This document shows positions 12,179-26,059 of a stretch of 64,000 bases of DNA, one piece after another. The translations under genes and the position numbers were made by a program. Source of the stretch: the human T2T-CHM13v2.0 reference genome, Homo sapiens; assembly GCF_009914755.1 (NCBI RefSeq), contig NC_060926.1; one strand, 5' to 3'. Within the stretch, counting starts at the first letter, position 1, and each line of letters opens with the position of its first letter. A model generated the notes under the pieces. It searched no databases, was not told the origin of the DNA, and saw only the letters and a list, made by a program, of their open reading frames with translations.

Positions 12179-15100
12179 ATGATGGCATCAAATTAACACA
12201 TAATAATATTAACCTTAAATGTAAATGGGCTAAATACCCCAATTAAAAGACAGAGACTGGCAAATAGCATGAAGAGTCAAGACCTAGCAGTGTGCTGTAT
12301 TCAGAAGACCCATCTCACATGCAAAGAAACACATAGGCTCAAAATAAAGGGATGGAGGAAGACTTACCAAGCAAAAGGAAGGAAAAAAAAAAAAAAAGCA
12401 GGGTTTGCAATCCTAATCTCTGAAAAAACAGACTTTAAACCAACAAATATCAAAAGAGACAAAGAAGGCAATTACATAATGGTAAAGGGATCACTGCAAT
12501 GAGAAGAGTTAACTATCCTAAATATATATGAACCCAATACAGGAGCACCCAGTTAGAGACCTACAAAGAGACTTAGACTCCCACACAATAATAGTGGGAG
12601 ACTTTAACACCACACTGTCAATATTAGATCAAAGAGACAGAAAATAACAAGGATATCCAGGACTTGAACTCAGCTCTGGACCAAGCAGACCTAATAGAAG
12701 TCTACAGAACTCTCCACCCCAAATCAATAGAATATACATTTTTCTCAGCACCACATCACACTTATTACTAAAATTGACCAAATAATTGGAAGTAAAACAC
12801 TCCTCAGCAACTGTAAAAGAACAGAAATCACAAAAAACTGTCTCTTAGACCACAGTGCAATCAAATTAGAACTCAGGATTAAGAAACTCACTCAAGACCG
12901 TACAACTACATGGAAACTGAACAACCTGCTCCTGAATGACTACTGGGTAAATAACGAGAGGAAGGCAGAAATAAAGATGTTCTTTGAAACCACTGAGAAC
13001 AAAGACACAACGTTCTTTGTGTCTGGGACACAAAGAATCTCTGGGCCACACTTAAAGCAGTGCATACAGGGAAATTTATAGCACCAAATGCCCACAAGAG
13101 AAAGCAGGAAAGATCTAAAATCGACACCCTAATGTCACATTTAGAAGAAATAGAGAAACAAGAGAAAACAAATTCAAAAGCTAGCAGAAGATACGAAATA
13201 ACTAAGATCACAGCAGAACTGAAGGAGATAGAGACACAAAAATCCCTTCAAAACATCAATGAGTCCAGGAGCTGGTTTTTTGAAAGATCAACAAAATAGA
13301 CTGCTAGCAAGACTAATAAATGAGAAAAGAGAGAAAAGTCAAATAGACGCAATAAAAAATGGTAAAGGAGATACCACCACCCATCCCACAGAAATACAAA
13401 CTACCATCAGAGAATACTGTAAACACCTCTACACAAATCAACTAGAAAATCTAGAAGAAATGGATAAATTCCTGGACACATACACCCTCCCAAGACTAAA
13501 CCAGGAAGAAGTCGAATCTCTGAATAGACCAATAGCAGGTTCTGAAATCAAGGCAATAATTAATAGCCTACTGACTAAAAAAAGTTCAGGACCAGACAGA
13601 TTCACAGCAGAATTCTACCAGAGGTACAAAGAGGAGCTGGTACCATTCCTTCTGAAACTATTCCAAACAATAGAAAAAGAGGAATCCTCCCTAACTCATT
13701 TTATGAGGCCAGCATCATCCTGATACCAAAACCTGGCAGAGACACACAAAAAAGAAAATTTTAGGCCAATATTCCTGATGAACATTGATGAGAAAATCCT
13801 CAGTAAAATAATGGCAAAACAAATCCAGCAGCACATCAAAAACCTTATCCACCATGATCAAGCGGGCTTCATCCCTGGGATGCAAGGCTGGTTCAACATA
13901 TGCAAATCAATAAACATAATCCATCACATAAACAGAACCAATGAAAAAAGCCACACAATTATCTCAATAAATACAGAAAAGGCCTTCGACAAAATTCAAC
14001 CACAGCCCTTCATGCTAAAACCTCTCAATAAACTAGGTATTGATGGAACATATCTCAAAATAGTAAGAGCTATTTATGACAAACACACAGCCAATATCAT
14101 ACTGAGTGGGCAAAAACTGGAAACATTCCCTTTGAAAACTGGCACAAGACAAGGATGGCCTCTCTCACCACTCCTATTCAACATAGTGTTGGAAGTTCTG
14201 TCCAGGCCAATCAGGCAAGAGAAAGAAAGAAAGGTATTCAATTAGGAAAAGAGGAAGTCAAATTGTCTCTGTTTGCAGATGGCATGATTGTATATTTAGA
14301 AAACCCCATTGTCTCAGCCCAATATCTCCTTAAGCTGATAAGCAACTTCAGCAAAGTCTCAGGATACAAAATCAGTGTGCAAAAATCACAAGCATTTATA
14401 CACACCAATAACAGACAAACAAAGAGTCAAATCATGAGTGAACTCCCATTCACAATTGCTACAAAGATAATAAAATACCTAGGAATCCAACTTATAAGGG
14501 ATGTGAAGGACCTCTTCAAGGAGAACTACAAACCACTGCTCAATGAAATAAAAGAGGACACAAGCAAATGGAAAAATATTCCATGCTCATGGATAGGAAG
14601 AATCAATATCTGGATAATGGCCATACTGCCCAAAGTAATTTATAGATTCAGTGCTTTCCCCATCAATCTACCACTGACTTTCTTGACAGAATTGGAAAAC
14701 CCTACTTTAAAGTTCATATGGAACCAAAAAAGAGCCCGCATTGCCAAGACAATCCTAAGCAAAAAAGAACAAAGCTGGAGGAATCATGCTACCTGACTGA
14801 ATTCAAACTATACTACAAGGCTACAGTAACCAAACAGCATGGTACCGGTACCAAAACAGATATATAGACTGATGGAACAGAACAGAGGCCTCAGAAATAA
14901 CACCACAGATCTACAACCATCTGATCTTTGACAAACCTGACAAAATAAAAAATGGGGAAAGGATTCCCTATTTAATAAATGGTGCTGGCAAAACTGGCTA
15001 GCCATATGTAGAAAGCTGAAACTGGATCCCTTCTTTACACCTTATCCAAAAATTGACTTCAGATGGATTAAAGACTTAAATATAAGACCTAAAACCATAA

Positions 15101-15995
15101 AAACCCTAGAAGAAAACCTAGGCAATACCATTCAGGACATAGGCATGGGCAAAGACTTCATGACGGAAACACCAAACAATGGCAACAAAAGCCAAAATAG
15201 ACATGGGATCTAATTAAACTAAAGAGCTTCTGCACAGCAAAAGAAACTATCAGCAGAGTGAACAGGCAACCTACAGATTGGGAAAAAAGTTTTGCAATCT
15301 ATCCATCTGACAAAGGGCTAATATCCGTAATCTACAAGGAACTTAAACAAAATTAGAAGGAAAAAACAACCCCATAAAAAAATGGGTGAAGGATATGAAC
15401 AGACACTTCTCAAAAGAAGACATTTATGCAGCCAATGAACTTACGAAAAAATGCTCATCATCACTGTTCATTAGAGGAATGCAAATCAAAACCACAGTGA
15501 GATACTATCTCATGCCAGTTAGAATGGTGATCATTAAAAATCAGGAAACAACCGATGCTGGAGAGCATGTGGAGAAATAGGAATTCTTTTACACAGTTGG
15601 TGGGAGTGTAAAGTAGTTCAACTATTGTGGAAGACAGTGTGGCGATTCCTCAAGGATCTTGAACTAGAAATACCATTTGACCCAGCAATCCCATTACTGG
15701 GTATAAACCCAAAGGATTATAAATCATTCTACTATAAAGACACATGCACATGTATGTTTATTGCAGCACTGTGCACAATAGCAAAGACTTGGAATCAACC
15801 CAAATGCCCATCAGTGATAGATTGGATAAAGAAAACGTGGCATATATACACCATGGAATACTATGCAGCCATAAAAAGGATGAGTTCATGTCTTTTGCAG
15901 GGACGTGGATGAAGCTGGAAACCATCATTCTCAGCAGAGTAACACAAGAAGAGAAAACCAAACACTGCATGTTCTCACTTATAAGTGGGAGTTGA
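12179..15995 (+). pseudogene. L1 ORF2p remnant (endonuclease, RT, C-domain), disabled
   Basis: ORF2 pieces lie in several frames. The RT motif FADD reads FADG (~14272-14283). Confidence 0.92.
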
Positions 15996-16328
15996 ACAAT
16001 GAGAACACATGGACACAGGGAGGGGAACATCACACACTGGGGCCTGTTGGCAGGTGGGGGCCTGGGGGAGGGATAACATTCGGAGAAATACCGAATGTAA
16101 ATGACGAGTTTATGGGTGCAGCAAAGCAACATGACACATGTATACCTACATAACAAACCTGCACACTGGGGTATGCACATGTACCCCAAAACTTAAAGTA
16201 TAATAAAAAGAAATAAAACATTTGTAACCTCTTTCCCCTCTCAAAGATAATATTTTTGTGTATTTCTTTCAGACTGTATGCGTGAGAATGTATGTGTGTT
16301 ATGATATGAATATAAAGGGCATGCAATT

Positions 16329-16704
16329 TGTGGTAGATTATACGTTTCCCAATGTGTCAAACTTCCATGTATGCTAAGTCCTGGCAGAGTGTCCCTTCCC
16401 ACACTGACTCTGGGGTGAGCCGTGTGACTTACTTAAATCAGTGGGACACCAGCAAACAGAAGACTTGGTCAGCTCCAGATCTAGCTTTCTTGAGAATAAA
16501 AGACCACATTTATAGAAAAGTCCAGTCATCCCACTTGTCCCAGATGAGCCAGGCCTTGAGTAACCCTGTTGCTGCATTGCATAGCACAGCTGTGTGAGTC
16601 ATCCCATGAGAATCCCACAGAATGACTGCTTAGCCAACCAAAAAATTATGAGATATAATATATTGTTATTTTAAGTCACCAAATGTTAGTGTATAACTGA
16701 TGCA
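16329..16704 (+). mobile_element. MLT1-family LTR inside an old L1ME fragment
   Basis: TGTGGTAGATT...GAGCCGTGTGACTTACTT...TTGTTATTTTAAGTCACC...TAACTGATGCA. Confidence 0.6.
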
Positions 16705-19399
16705 GTGTTTTAAACCTGATTTTTCATTTAGTGTACTGTGAACATTTGTTTTTGCTCTTAAGTAGAATTCAGGAACCTAATTTTTAAAATGATTTTATCA
16801 CATTCCATTACAACATGTACCATAACCTGTTTAACTAATGTCTCATTGTTTGACATGCTTACAATTAATTTTTAATACCCAATTGGTGACTCTCTAATGC
16901 CACTTCCACTATGTAAACTTATTTTAAAACAAGTTTATATGTAATTACCTTCTAAGCTCTTTGAGAATAGTAGCTGTGAATAAATAAGCCTTTCTCCGTC
17001 TTAAGCTCTTCTACTGTTCATGGCAAATAGTCAGTGCTCAAAATATTTATTGAATGAAAAAATGAATAAATAGCTTATAAATGTTAGAGAAATAGCATTT
17101 AATAATAGCCTACACATTTTAATACAATGTTATATTCAGGCAAAACATTATAGAGAAAGCTTGCTATTGGTAGACTCTTTTCCCTCACCTCATACTTTCA
17201 TGCTGTCCAAAAACACTAAGAAATGAGCATTTTTATGAAATCAGCGTTGCTGCATTAAAACCTATTATTCCCCTGTCCCATTCTTTCAATGTCTTGTTTA
17301 GAGTGGAGGTGACAACCAGGTAAACTGATGAAAAAATTTGTACTAAATTGATACTCTACTCTGTTTACCATCCTGAAAAATGTGTATGTTCATGAAGAAA
17401 TCGTTTGTGTTTCCTCAAATCATACTACATTTACCCATATTCTGACATTTATGACAAGAAAATACTTCGAGGCATCTACTGTTTTAGAGTTTTTGTTTCT
17501 TTAGTTCACTTTGTAAATAAGGATAATTCAGAGATGACCACATTGTGTTTTTCAATAAATTATCATCTATCATTAAAGTTAATCCAATATCCAATTTAGG
17601 TTTGAATTGAAATGTTTTAAATCGGTAAAAGAATCAAGATAACAATTTCTTTTCCTATTAACCTTTAGGGCAGTTTCTTTTAATATTTTGTTTCCTTTGG
17701 ATAAGGGGAAGTACACTGTAATCTTTATTTTAAATTAGGTTTTATAGCATATTTAATCCCCAGGTTAAAGCATATTATTCACATTTAAAAGAGAAAATGA
17801 ACAAACTTAAAGATGTCAGCTTCAGACTGAAACCACAGTGGAAATAAGCTATTTGGATAACGTTGTCTAGGAGGTACCAAAACTTCAAAAGATATCCTTA
17901 TAGTTTGAAACTCTGACCCAGAAAACCCTTTTTCTTCACTGCTTTTCATGGTGAACCATTTTGAATATCTACTCATTTTACTTTACTTTTCCCACACTGT
18001 CATTCTTTCCCTTTGAGAGGCAGGCCCAGGAGTGGGAAGAAAGGCTCAAATGGAAAGAGGACCAAAACTATTTGAGCACAGTTTGTTGCCACCTGAAATA
18101 GAATCTATTACCAAATTTTACGCTAACAAAACTGAGGCGTAGGTGATTACAGAAGCAATCAGTTACAGAGTCGACACTCAGATCTCTCTAGATCCAAAGC
18201 ACATTATTTCTTAAACTGAGCAGTCAGAAGGCCCAGATTGTAGTTATGGTTCTTGCAATCCTTGTGACATCTTGAGAAGATACATGGGCTTCAGCTTCCT
18301 TATCAGCAATATACAGATAAAGCACCTTTCTTTTCTGTTCATGAGGATAACATCACCTTTCCTACCTATTTCATGGGGCTAGTATAATATGGTTGAGAAT
18401 ATGTTTTAAAAACGGAAACATCAAATAGGAATACATTGCCTTAAGTTCCAGGTTCTGAATGAATTTAAGTAATAGATTGACTGGGCCCACATAGGGTATC
18501 TTGGTCATTCCCATGAGAGGGAAAGAGTAGGGCTCTTCACAGTGTCCCTTTGAACTGAGCCTCTTGTTCTTCCTTTCATGGTGACTCATTGATTTTCTTT
18601 TCTTCTTTCCTCACAGCAGTCTTTGGGATTGAAAACAAAAAATAAAAAACCAAAACCCCTCTAATAAGGCAGAGATCTACTCACTGAGAACGGTTTATGA
18701 AGAGAGAAGAAGGGGCAACCATATAGGGCTAGTGCTGTAGGAACACATGTTTTGAATCTGGTGAGAGAAGAACTAAGTTGAATTGGATGATTTCTAAACT
18801 TGGAGAGAAATTTCTTTTAGTCAGTAATAGCCATTATTGACTTCTGTTTGTAGGTCTGGTGAGTCAACACCCCTTCTACTCTTCTCTACACCCTTAGGTA
18901 TCATTCATTTTCTTTCACAACTTTTATATCTCTGCAATGGTTTACCTCCTATGTTCTCATTCTCTAGGGGTGCATTCTAAAAAATCAACTTTGGTGCCAA
19001 GAATTGGACAGTAAATGATGGGGAACACTTTGGCCATTGCTTTGCATTATGGTGGGTCCATTTATTTTTTAGTGGCCCTTTAAACTTCCCCTGCAAAATG
19101 GGGATATGGCATTTGCTCAGGTCTCTTAATCTTGAATATTAAAAAGGTCTTTAAAAAACTCTAGGGTTTCTTTCATTGACACTGCTTGCTTATAGAACCT
19201 TTTTTGATGGCAAATACTAGTTCAGTGTTCCAGCACTTCGAACTTTTTTCTCCTCCAGAGGCAATATTCACTTAGACAAATAACATGTTTCTACCTGGTT
19301 GAACCGTATGCTATTGCTGTGTTTATAGGGCAAAAATGGTTAAACGCCAGAAATTTCATATAGTTCAGCCTAGCATCTCAAATTTTTATTTTTCTTCAT

Positions 19400-19653
19400 A
19401 CATGTCTTCCTCCCTCCTTTTATTCCCCTTTCCCCTTCCCCTTCCTCTTCCCCTCCCTCCCTCCCTTCTCTTTTCCCTTCTCTCTCTCTTTCTTTCTGTC
19501 TCTCTCTTTCCGCTCTTTCTCTCTCTCTCACCCAGGCTGCAATGCAGTGGCGTGGACACAACTCACTGCAGTCTTGAACTCCTAGGCTCAAGTGATCCTC
19601 TCACCTCAGCTTCCCAAAGTGTTATTACAGGTGTGAGCCACCAAATTGAGCCC
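19400..19653 (-). mobile_element. Alu monomer (FLAM/AluJ-like) with a long CT-rich tail
   Basis: TCACCCAGGCTGCAATGCAGTGG...GTGAGCCACC, preceded by a ~130-bp polypyrimidine tract. Confidence 0.8.
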
Positions 19654-20639
19654 ATATTTACCTTTTAATATATAAACAAAATGATACGCATTCTGCTTCC
19701 CCAAAGAAAAATAATAGCATTATGTTTTCCTGTTAATAGATATTATAGAGTAATAAAGTTTTCATTTCTTTTCTGCAACCTAAAATGCTGACTCACCAGA
19801 TGATACAGCTTAGGAGCTTGATACAGATGATACAGACATGAGTAAATACTGTATCCCCATTTTGCAAGTGAACATTTTTGTGGCATTTCAGTGCTTGGGG
19901 AAAGAGAAAGTAATGCAGACCATTCCTTGGAAGAGAGAAGGATGGGAAAGGAGGAGGTTGTGACCTGGGCCAGACAGGAAAGAGAGAAGGGATACCAAGA
20001 GGATTCCAGAGCCTTTTCTCTAGGGAATCACTTCCTGTAGAAATGGAGTTCTGACTGTTGAGAAGATACCCACTGACAGTAGGGAAGCCCAAGCTCTGAA
20101 AATTACAGGGTCTCTCTCCCCAGATCCCATTTTACCACTTACTCCAAGTATTACTTATAGTCTCATGATGAAAACAAAGTTTAGTGATTTAACTGTGATT
20201 TGTAATCTTCAGATTTAAAGTTTACATATTATATGCTTTTTTTATTAATTATATTTTTTCTACAATTTTGTTCTCAAAACTGATGTTAGAGTATAATATT
20301 AGAATGCCCAGTGGGGTACATATTTCTAGATATGTCTGTGAAACAATGCCTAGGATAGTGGAGTGCCTCTGAAACTGTGGTAGGGGTCCTGAATGGCAGC
20401 TGTAACCGCTGTAAAGGCAGCAGTGGTTACCCACGGTCATTTCACGAAAGGTGAATTTACTGTGCATTACAAAGCAAAGATCTTGGGGGAAAATATGAGG
20501 AAATAAATGGAAAATATGGGTGATCTATTTTTTTTGTTTTATTTTTCTCCCAGTTGATTATGCGTTGAATACTGTTGGAGTGTTTTTTGCTCATAGGCAT
20601 TCGCTGTATAGCATTAATGACTGCAAAAGTGATATCAAA

Positions 20640-20860
20640 CACATATTGAGCACTTTTTATAAGACAGATTCTCTAGGCCAAGATTAACTTGTATATCTCA
20701 GTTCATTCTTACAAAATTCTTGCATGAGAGATATCATTAGTTACCCCCATTTTGCAGAAGAAAAAAAAAATCTAAATTTAGAGAGGTTAATTACATGCAT
20801 TTCAGAAGGACAGAACCAAGACTCATATCATGATCGATCTGACACCAAAGGTAGAATCTT
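20640..20860 (-). mobile_element. MIR SINE
   Basis: TATTGAGCAC...CCCCATTTTGCAGAAG...AGAGAGGTTAA. Confidence 0.6.
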
Positions 20861-21644
20861 CAAAATGACCCTCTGTGACCTGTCAGTCATACCACTCTGA
20901 AGAGCTTATAAAAGGCCAGAAGGAAAAATCTGGCTGGACAGTTCAATGAGTTAAGAAAGAAGGATGAGAGTTAATGCAGGTAGAGAGGCAAGACTGGTGA
21001 AACAGCCAAGTACTCTTACAGTCTACGTATAGAAAAAAATCTCCACATCCCTACAGCCATTGTATCAGATAGTCTTCTTCATTTATTCCAGATTAACTGC
21101 CTGTTACTCTCCAGGTGATTCTCTATTCTTCCCTTTAGAAATCTAAACCATTTCTGAGTGAAATAAAACAGAGATCAACACAAACCTCCATACTCTTTCT
21201 CTTAAAGTTGGAAACACTGGCATGGCATTAAAACTTAAATATTTCACTGGCCTTTACTGGCCTAACATTTCTTCTCCCACATTGATTTTGCTCACCTTGG
21301 AAATGGAATTTGGAAGTAGATTAATAATGTTAGAACTTATGTTACTATGGTGACCCAGGATAGAGGGTATGAGATTTCTTCCCTTCAGATCTTGATATTG
21401 AGAAGTCTGCCTATTTGTCCCTGTCTTTTACAAAAGCTCATGGTGTGATAGAAGGGATAACATGTGGGAAGAAGCATTATTACAGAGAAAAGCAGATTTA
21501 GAACTGGCCTCTCCCTGCTTCTGAAAGGTCCAAGAGCAGATAACTCTGTAATTCCTGTTCAAAGACTAATAAAGTCTTGGATGGTTTGAAGTCTGACAAC
21601 TGTACCGAGTGATTTATTTATGGATTTCCGAAGTATATCCACAG

Positions 21645-22878
21645 GTCTCATCTCTTTTCTGTCCATATTCATCCCTAGGTAATCTCAGTCTCAGTTTTAA
21701 AATACATCACATTACGATGCCTCCTAAATTTTTATCTCCATCCAGAAATCTCCCCTGAACTTCAGACTTTTAACCCAAATGCTCTTTGACTAGTGTTGTC
21801 AGGTGAAATATAAGATGCTCAGTTAAATTTGAATTTCAGATGAACATTATTTTTAATGCATGTCACAAACATTGTATTTACTTATGCTAAAAGATTATTC
21901 ATTGTTTATCTGACATTCAGATTTAACTGGGCATCCTTTATTTCATTTGAAAAATCTAGTAACGCTACTCTTTAACCAAAGACCTCTATTTGGGTAACTA
22001 ACAAATGCTCATAGCTTAGGATGTTCAAACTCCCACATATCCTCAACTAAACATCCTTCTCTCACAGTCTTTCTCAAATCTGTGAATGACAACTACATTC
22101 TTCTGATTACTCAGACCAGAGCTCTTGACTCTTCTCCTTTTTGGGGCACTATATTGAATCTAAATATAAATGGTTTGATTCTACCTTTATTGTCTGTCTA
22201 AAATCCAATCACTTTTACCACATTCATTGCTACTACCTTGAACAAAGTCATTGCCATCATTTGCTGGACTATTAAAAGCACTTCCTTCCTTTTGTCCCTG
22301 TAGTCCTTTTTCCACACTGAAGTCAGACTGATTCTTTTAAACCAGAGCACGTCAGAGAGCTCTAATTGCGAGTAAAGGCCAAAGTCATCAAAATTGTCTA
22401 CAAGGCTCTCTGTGCCCAGCTCCTCGGCCACTGCCATTGCTTTGCCTCTCCTTCCTCATCCCTAAACATTCTTCTATTCACTTGCTCTGTGCCCTGTGTG
22501 GTGGGTGGCGGGGAGGTGCTGCTCACTGTTCCTCAAACACACCAAGTCTTTGCACGGCACTCTTGTTTGTCTGGAAGTTTCCTTTCTCCTTATATGCACA
22601 GCTTGCTCCCTCACAATGCCCTTTAGGTTTTCAAATATCTTATTAAAGATGCTCTCCTTTCTCCTTCACCCCTCAACATTCACGATTCCAGTTATATTGT
22701 TGTACTTTTTCCATATATGTTCACTACCTGACATATATGCATATATATATTTTTTTATTTTCAAGCCTGTGAATATAACCTCAATGAGGGTATGAACTTT
22801 TTTTGTAGTCCCAGAACTCAGGATAGTAACATGGCTCGAAGTTGGTATTCCAGGAAAATTTGTTGATTAAATGAATGA
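21645..22878 (+). mobile_element. L2 LINE 3' part, interrupted by MER53
   Basis: ATCTCCCCTGAACTTCAGAC RT-end motif; terminal TTGTTGATTAAATGAATGAA. Confidence 0.7.
21791..21967. mobile_element. MER53 palindromic hAT MITE
   Basis: Inverted arms CAGTTAAATTTGAATTTCAGAT / ATCTGACATTCAGATTTAACTG. Flanking direct repeat CTCTTTGAC / CTCTTTAAC. Confidence 0.85.
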
Positions 22879-23882
22879 AATCAACAATTGCTTTGCAGTA
22901 GTCAGATGCAGAAAAATCCCACGCAAAGATTAAATGGGCATATTAATGTGCATATAAATTGGAATATGCACATTTGTGTACTTGGACATATAGGAATAAA
23001 CATCTTTGTGCATATGTGTGGGTCTCACATAATCCCAGTTTGCTTACGGAGAAGAATACCATAAAACATACCTTTCCTTCTCTGTTCTTAAATCTGGTGT
23101 TATTACCAGAAATCCATCTGTGCCTCTGTCTAAAGCTTTATGTGTCTATAATTGGATTGTTTTTCTTTTTGCTTACTTTTTTTGGAGGAGACTTTAGTGA
23201 GTTTTTTTCCTTAGTATTTTAGGTAATGCCTCCCTGAGTCATATATTAACAGTGATAACTGTTTATCTGGCTGTCCCTCTTTCTCCTGGCATCTGTATGA
23301 TTTCTTTTAATCACATTCCCATTATCCTCTAATTGTGTAAAATTGTTATATTAAATATAATTTCTACTGGTAGCCACAGGGTGGCATTCATGTTCTTTGC
23401 TATCATTTTAATGACTGATAGATTACAAGGTCACTTTGAGTAGATAAATAGCCTATAGATTCTTTCCAGTGAGGTTCACATTCTGATTTTTCATATTAAC
23501 ACTTGTAAATTGCAGAACTTATTATGCTTTCCCACCCATCCCTCATTTTGCTTCCAGCACCTTCAGTCCCTTCCTACAGGAATCCAAGATGACTCTGTCA
23601 GGTGGCCTTGTTTTAATATTCGCCTCGGTCAGAGAGAATCTAATGAAAGCCAGAAGCTGACACTGCCTCGGTATTCATTTCAACTCAGCCATCATGGGAA
23701 GATTTGCCAGCAGCCTTTAGCACAGGGCTCTGACTGAACACTTGCTGGTAAACACTAAACTGAATAGCAAGTAGGATCACTCACCCCAACAGGTTTGTGC
23801 CAGTCTAGGTGTAATCTCCAGACAAGTACTTAAGGCACTAAAGCCATCTACTGAATATTTAAACATGACTTTGATTATCAGG

Positions 23883-23887
<5 letters not shown>

Positions 23888-23919
<32 letters not shown>

Positions 23920-23927
23920 ACACACAC
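23888..23927. repeat. (CA)n microsatellite
   Basis: About 20 CA units with one interruption. Confidence 0.95.
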
Positions 23928-24781
23928 TGAAATGTTTACCTGGGAAGTTCAGCTCTGAAGAAGCATTTGGATGGTATTTTAGATATGCAGAGCTTATTGC
24001 TTTTACTCTGGAGCTGGGTATTTCATTCATTCATTCATTCATTCTTTTAGGTAACCTAATTATCATTCATTTAACTTATGGTGAGTTCATACATCATTAC
24101 ATATTTTATCACATTAATTTATCAAATATTATTTTTCCCATTTTAGAGATGAGGAAAGTGAGTTAACAGTTAACAAGGTTAACAATTAATTGAAAGCAAC
24201 ACTGAGAGTAAACTACAGAGGTGAAATAAACATAAAGGACTTTTGACTAACTATTTTTTCTCTTTTCACATCCCCACAGTTGTTATGGGAGTGATATAAA
24301 CACTTCTTCCCTCCAGGTACCCCATACCTTGAAATATTACCATTTTTTCACTATCTCACGTGGACTTCTTTTAATAGGGTCTCTCCTGGCTTTCCTCATT
24401 CCAGCTTCTTCTCCATTCTCTTTCTGGAACCACCTTACTAAAACTCTGCTGTGATTTTTTTTTTCTGACTCAGAAAAGTAGAATATCATGCAAAACTCAG
24501 CTGTGTTTTTTACTCCTCATTGACCCTTTAAAATTAATTTGCTGAAAATTTCTTTCTCCTCCTTTCAATAAACATCTTAGCAATCCCCTGTGAATTTTCT
24601 GGGTACTTATAGGTAATAGAAAGTCCTATGCTTTCCTTAAGTCACAAATATAAACTCAATACAGAAACCAGGATGTCTATCCCAGTATCTTAAGGAAGAC
24701 TTTAATGGAAATGCTTCTCCCCTTTCACCTGCAGCTAAGCTTCCTGCCTTCAAGGAGCAGAGTGCAATCAGATTCACCTTT

Positions 24782-25088
24782 TTCTTTTCTTTTTCTTGAG
24801 ATAGTTTCACTCTTGTTGCACAAGCTACAGTGCAATGGCGTGATCTCCACTCACTGCAACCTCCGCCTCCTGGATTCAAGTGGTTCTCCCCCCTCAGCCT
24901 CCTGAGTAGCTGGAATTACAGGAGTGTGCCAACACGTCCAGCTAATTTTTTTTTTTTTTGTATTTTTAGTAGAAACAGGGTTTCACCATGTTAGCCAGGC
25001 TGGTCTCGAACTCCTGACCTCAGGTGATCCACCCGCCTTGGCCTCCCAAAGTTGTGGGATTTACAGGCGTGAGCCACCGTGCCCAGCC
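24782..25088 (-). mobile_element. AluSq/Sp-like SINE
   Basis: AGTTTCACTCTTGTTGC and GTGCAATGGC diagnostics. TSD TCAGATTCACCTTT at 24768-24781 and 25089-25102. Confidence 0.93.
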
Positions 25089-25887
25089 TCAGATTCACCT
25101 TTCTTACTTGCTCGCCTTTTCTCCTACTTCCTAGATGTTGTTACTGACTTTTCCAGGGTAGTGGATGAAAGAAGAGAAGTAGTGGAACTAGAAGTTCTTA
25201 CTTGACTGGTATAAGAAGATAGCTTTGCTTTCCTAAGCCTAAAAGATGCATAAAGCCAACTCTCTAATGGCATTTGTGGGTTCTCTAGATGCTCCTTGGC
25301 TCGACCCTCTTCTTTAACTTGCTTCTTGAAATGCCCTCGGTTTCTGCTTTTTTTTTTTTTTTTTCTGTTTTTTTGTTTGTTTTTTTCAGCAGTCCACTCT
25401 AGACCCTCTGTTGAAATGCCATTGCCCCAGAAGCAAATCTTTTGACCCAGAATCATTTAAAACATGATCACAGGCTCAAATTTTTACCATAGTTCCGTAT
25501 CTGGCCCCCAGGATTCATGCATCTTTGACCATCATTGGGGGAATAGTAGTTACTCCCTCAAGCATTTCACTCTTCTCCCATGAGATGCTTTAGCTGGCCT
25601 CTCATCTTTGGAGTCTTTCAGACTAAGCATCCTTCCTCTGTATTTTCTAGCTGCAGAGAATGTTTCTCAATTTCTGACTAGTCTTATAGATCGCTTCTCT
25701 AGTTGTGAAATTAAGCCTTTCTCCTCAAAAATCCATTGCTCTGTTGCATTTTGTGCAACATGTTTTTGTCTTCCTTGTGGACCAGTTGTCAAACTGGCTT
25801 TGTAGAATCTTCTTTGAAAAATCGGCTCCTTTGTCACCTCACTTTTGTATTTGATACCTATTGTTTGGCCTTCAAATTTTAATCCCA

Positions 25888-25888
<1 letters not shown>

Positions 25889-25927
<39 letters not shown>

Positions 25928-25953
25928 TAATATATATTTAATATATATATATT
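25889..25953. repeat. (TA)n microsatellite
   Basis: Interrupted TA run. Confidence 0.9.
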
Positions 25954-26059
25954 AAAAGATTATTTAGATTCCAAATGTTGGAACTGGTAGTTCAGCCTAG
26001 CCATGTCACTGACAATAAAACACAAAGCAACTTGGAAACTCAAAACTCTGAAAAGTGAT

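Larger units (their letters stand above)
11311..16213 (+). mobile_element. 5'-truncated LINE-1 (L1PA7/8-like), ~4.9 kb, inserted in an older L1ME fragment
   Basis: Collinear ORF1 remnant, ORF2 remnant, 3' UTR and A-tail, with many stops and frameshifts. Confidence 0.95.

Noticed and set aside
11311-16213. Potentially active L1
   Set aside because: No 5' UTR, multiple stops and frameshifts, and the RT motif reads FADG. No convincing TSD beyond a short A-rich match.
18590-18870. Splice acceptor-like (polypyrimidine-CAG at ~18616) and donor-like (GGTGAGT at ~18858) sites
   Set aside because: No coding signal, and such motifs are frequent by chance; an exon cannot be called without transcript data.
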